64,000 nucleotides of DNA from NCBI GenBank assembly GCA_009103225.1, contig RHPI01001168.1:187337-251336 (forward strand), in the 5' to 3' direction. Of the stretch, positions 60,893 to 64,000 are shown piece after piece. Each line of letters starts with the position of its first letter. Position 1 is the stretch's first letter. Below the pieces are notes generated by a model. It had not been told where the DNA came from, did not search any database, and worked only from the letters and a program-made list of their open reading frames with translations. Source of the stretch: Chlorokybus atmophyticus (taxonomy: Eukaryota; Plantae; Mesostigma and Chlorokybus algae). Position numbers and translations under genes: made by a program.

Positions 60893-61113
60893 GATGTTGC
60901 GCGTGGACTCTGCAACTCCATTGCATATCATGCAAAAGGTTTTAGGGAGTTGGGCGCCAGTTACGAGCGCGGGTTGCGGCACTTTTGAACAAGCAAACAC
61001 TCTTTGAAAGGAGCCACAGTGTTTGCAACCGCGCTCGTGACTGGCGCCCAACTCACTTAAGCCTTTTGCGTATCCATCTGCAGTGGAGTTGCCGAGTCCA
61101 CACGCGCAACATC
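60893..61113. repeat. ~220-nt imperfect hairpin (arms of ~90-95 bp, 36-nt loop) built from small-protein coding sequence
   Basis: 60893-60982 versus the reverse complement of 61019-61113 is about 80% identical. Arms read YHAKGFRELGASYERGLRHF* (+) and YAKGLSELGASHERG (-). Confidence 0.85.
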
Positions 61114-62257
61114 TCAAAGCCTTGATCTCTCTAGACTGCTTCGATAATTGCCGACTTAACAGGCTGAAATTATCAACTTGTCAATTTCATTATGTGTAGA
61201 TACTATTGAATGAGTAATTGGAACTTTGTTGTTATAAATGTTTAACTGGTAGAAAGGCTAAGCTGGTTGCTGCTTGTGTTGTACAAAATCAGCTGGTGAT
61301 TGCTATACAAAACACGAGATCGTGACTTATTGAGATATTCGTAACAAGCAGACGTATACGAGAAGAGTGGCATATATTCCATACTCTCTATGTTACATAA
61401 AAGTATGGAGGTGAATGTTGCAACAACTTACGTAGCAAGTGCACGCGGCTGCGTGGCAGGTGACTAGACATCCTTGCATGTTTGCATGATCAATGGGGCT
61501 TGGGCAATAGTGGTGATATATAGAATAAAGATGTAATAAGGTAGCCCAGTGATGCCTTATTGACTGAGTTGTGCTGTATGGCGTGTGTTGCGTTAGCTGG
61601 TGGCATTCAGCTGCCAGCTATGCTATGACATGTACATGTGCGATATGTCGCATGAGTTGCACGCAGCTAATACCCTCACCGTTCTTTTATACACAAGCTG
61701 CATGCATGCCATGACAATCACACACGATGCCGGTGTGTTAGTCTTTTTTGTTAACACAAACCTTTCATCACTTTCTTAACAAATCGGCTGACAAAATCAT
61801 TGCTGAAATTGTCGATGACATAAGGTGTGGAATTGTCATCAACAGACGCACGGCTTGTAGGTAACATTGCGATTAGAAATATACACTGCTTAATGCCCTT
61901 TCAACCTCTACATGATGCTGATGTTGTGCTATGCGATGTATTTTGAAATATCAAAACAGTGTCGTGAAAACTATCAATTCGATATGCACGTTGCATGCTT
62001 CAGCTTTGTCCACTGTGCAGCAGCTACACTGTATCAGCCCTTTTTGCTTTGGGCATGCTCTTCGCTTCTTTTCGAGCATGTATATGTATAGTGTATGCAG
62101 CATGTGTGTACGCAGAGTAGTTGAGATTGTACCGGTATGCACGATATGTATGTATGCATGATATATGCATGATACGTATGTATGCTAGCACGTGTGTCAC
62201 GCACGCACGCAATGACAATAAGCAAGCTAGAGAGCGCGAGACACACGTGTCAGCAAG

Positions 62258-62260
<3 letters not shown>

Positions 62261-62347
<87 letters not shown>

Positions 62348-62348
62348 N

Positions 62349-62408
<60 letters not shown>
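62261..62408. repeat. (AG)n microsatellite of ~148 bp
   Basis: Direct reading; contains one N. Confidence 0.97.
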
Positions 62409-62412
<4 letters not shown>

Positions 62413-62931
62413 ACAAATAGTAGCTTAGACTATAGTTGTGTAATCACAATCATGCTATTTGCATGCTTATAGCAATATCGTCAACACGACTATACACAAC
62501 ACACAGTGCGCTTGTCAAGTACCAATGCTATTTTGTATTGCTATATTGTATATAACATCATATACAAGCACGTCGCATACTATATGTTAGCGTGTGCGTT
62601 GGCCTTGCAATTGTTTAGCTCACGCTTGCCCGTGCCTTCGTTTGCCTGCTTGTGTCTTGTACTCAGTCTCAATCCCATACCCTATGTATGCATTTGCATA
62701 AGCATTATCTTGTAATTGTATGTACCTTCGACAACATGCAGCACATGCATCCGCAAGTAAAAGCGACGCATGCTGCAAGTTGGAAGCTTCCACGTGGCAG
62801 GCACTGCCGTATGCCTCGCTGCAATATCCCACTGACAAAACGGAGCTGGGCGGCGGCGGCGGCGGCAGGGGTAGAAGGCGAGGCGGCGGGAGAGAGGCAG
62901 TGGGGAGGTGTGTGAGGTGTGAAAGGCGCTC

Positions 62932-64000
62932 ATGGCGCACTGGGAAGGGGCGGGGCGGCCAGTTGTAGTGTACCTGCCGGCGGCGCCGCCGACGCCGCCC
63001 GGCGAGTGGAGCACAGGGCTGTGCGACTGTTGCGCCGACGGCCCCTTCTCTTGCTGGCAAGCTATCACTTTGTGTTCTCCTTGTAAATGCACCTGGATGT
63101 TTTGCACTTAGTCTTTCCAAGCATGGTTTGTGGCGTTTAACTTGCGAGTCTACTCGTTGGCCCACCCTGTGTCTGGCGCTTCGATTGCGTGCAGCAACTT
63201 CTGTAACCTCCATGACATAGTTGTCGAGTCATGTCTCCTGTCTCATCGTTAAGACTCACGAACTATGTTCAGAGCACTCCTTTTTACAGGATGTTTTCGT
63301 GTATTTCGCAGCCTGCTATTTGGTTAACACTGCCGACGCTGCCAAGGAGTGCATGCAAGAACGTCGATTGCAGTTTGGGTGACTGCACAGCTGGCATGAG
63401 CACATGCGAGAGCAGATTCATATCAAGTTGTCCGTTCGATACACGTAGTGTCCTCAACTTGTTTGAAACAGAGTTGCCAGTGCTAAGCAGATTCCCCTTT
63501 TTGCTGTAGCTGTCAAGTCACACGTCCAGTAGTGGTACTGTTACATACATTTGACTGTTTGATATGTTAGGGTTTCGCTGCTGTGCCCGTGCATAACAGT
63601 GGGGCGAAACGCCTCACGCGTGGACGACACTGATTGCTGCGTTGCCTCCTGCCTGTGGTGTGCCCTCTGCGCTGCCGGCTGGTCGCTCGGCCTCTTTCCT
63701 ATTGGCTTAGGCTGGTGCTACAGGTGAGTGGATTGAAACAGCATGTCTGCATGATGTGGCCACCTCACCTGACCCTTGCACATGCACATGTGTAGCTCAT
63801 TATCGGATCTGGCGTAGAGCACTGCAAGGGCTATGCAAGGCTTTGTTGCTTGCATCCATGATGCTGTGCATGCTGCATTTCGTTGCAGCATGAATGGCGT
63901 GTTGTCGTTCGGTGGCGATGCTGAAGTAGTGTGGGTTTCGTGTGGTGTGCGCAGTGCTGGTCATCGTTCGCGGCTGAGAGCAAAGTACAACCTGCCGGAG
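62932..64000 (+). CDS. PLAC8-family Cys-rich membrane protein (PCR/CNR/FW2.2-like), runs off the window end
   Basis: GEWSTGLCDCCADGPFSC | WVSLLCPCITVGRNA...GWCY | SAGHRSRLRAKYNLPE. The first intron has a GC donor (TG|gcaagc at 63057). Confidence 0.9.

Noticed and set aside
62024-62472. RE/SL-repeat ORFs
   Set aside because: They are translations of the (AG)n microsatellite.

Overview
Intron-rich eukaryotic nuclear DNA from the green lineage (plant-type VAMP72, type II metacaspase, plastid GNAT6/7-like gene, AAACCCTA telo-boxes). A BROMI/TBC1D32-like ciliary gene suggests a flagellate-stage alga, plausibly an early streptophyte; this is inference. Exons were assembled by eye from GT/GC-AG sites, so internal boundaries are approximate. 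Host genes: BROMI-like, GNAT, metacaspase II, PRP40, NUS1, RING-CH E3 ligase, small hypothetical gene, VAMP72, frataxin, GH38 alpha-mannosidase and a partial PLAC8 gene. About 10-27.5 kb is an island of nested mobile DNA. Its centre is a ~9.6-kb TIR-bounded element (11311-20946, candidate ATTT target duplication). This element carries a decayed spliced gene for a ParB-like domain, a beta-class N6A/N4C DNA methyltransferase-like domain and a PHD-like Zn finger, plus arrays of an AGATCT-centred palindrome at exact 41-bp spacing. Also notable: a ~220-nt hairpin made from an inverted duplicate of a small-protein gene family, and a circularly permuted ~370-bp inverted repeat. All family assignments come from motif recall, not database searches.
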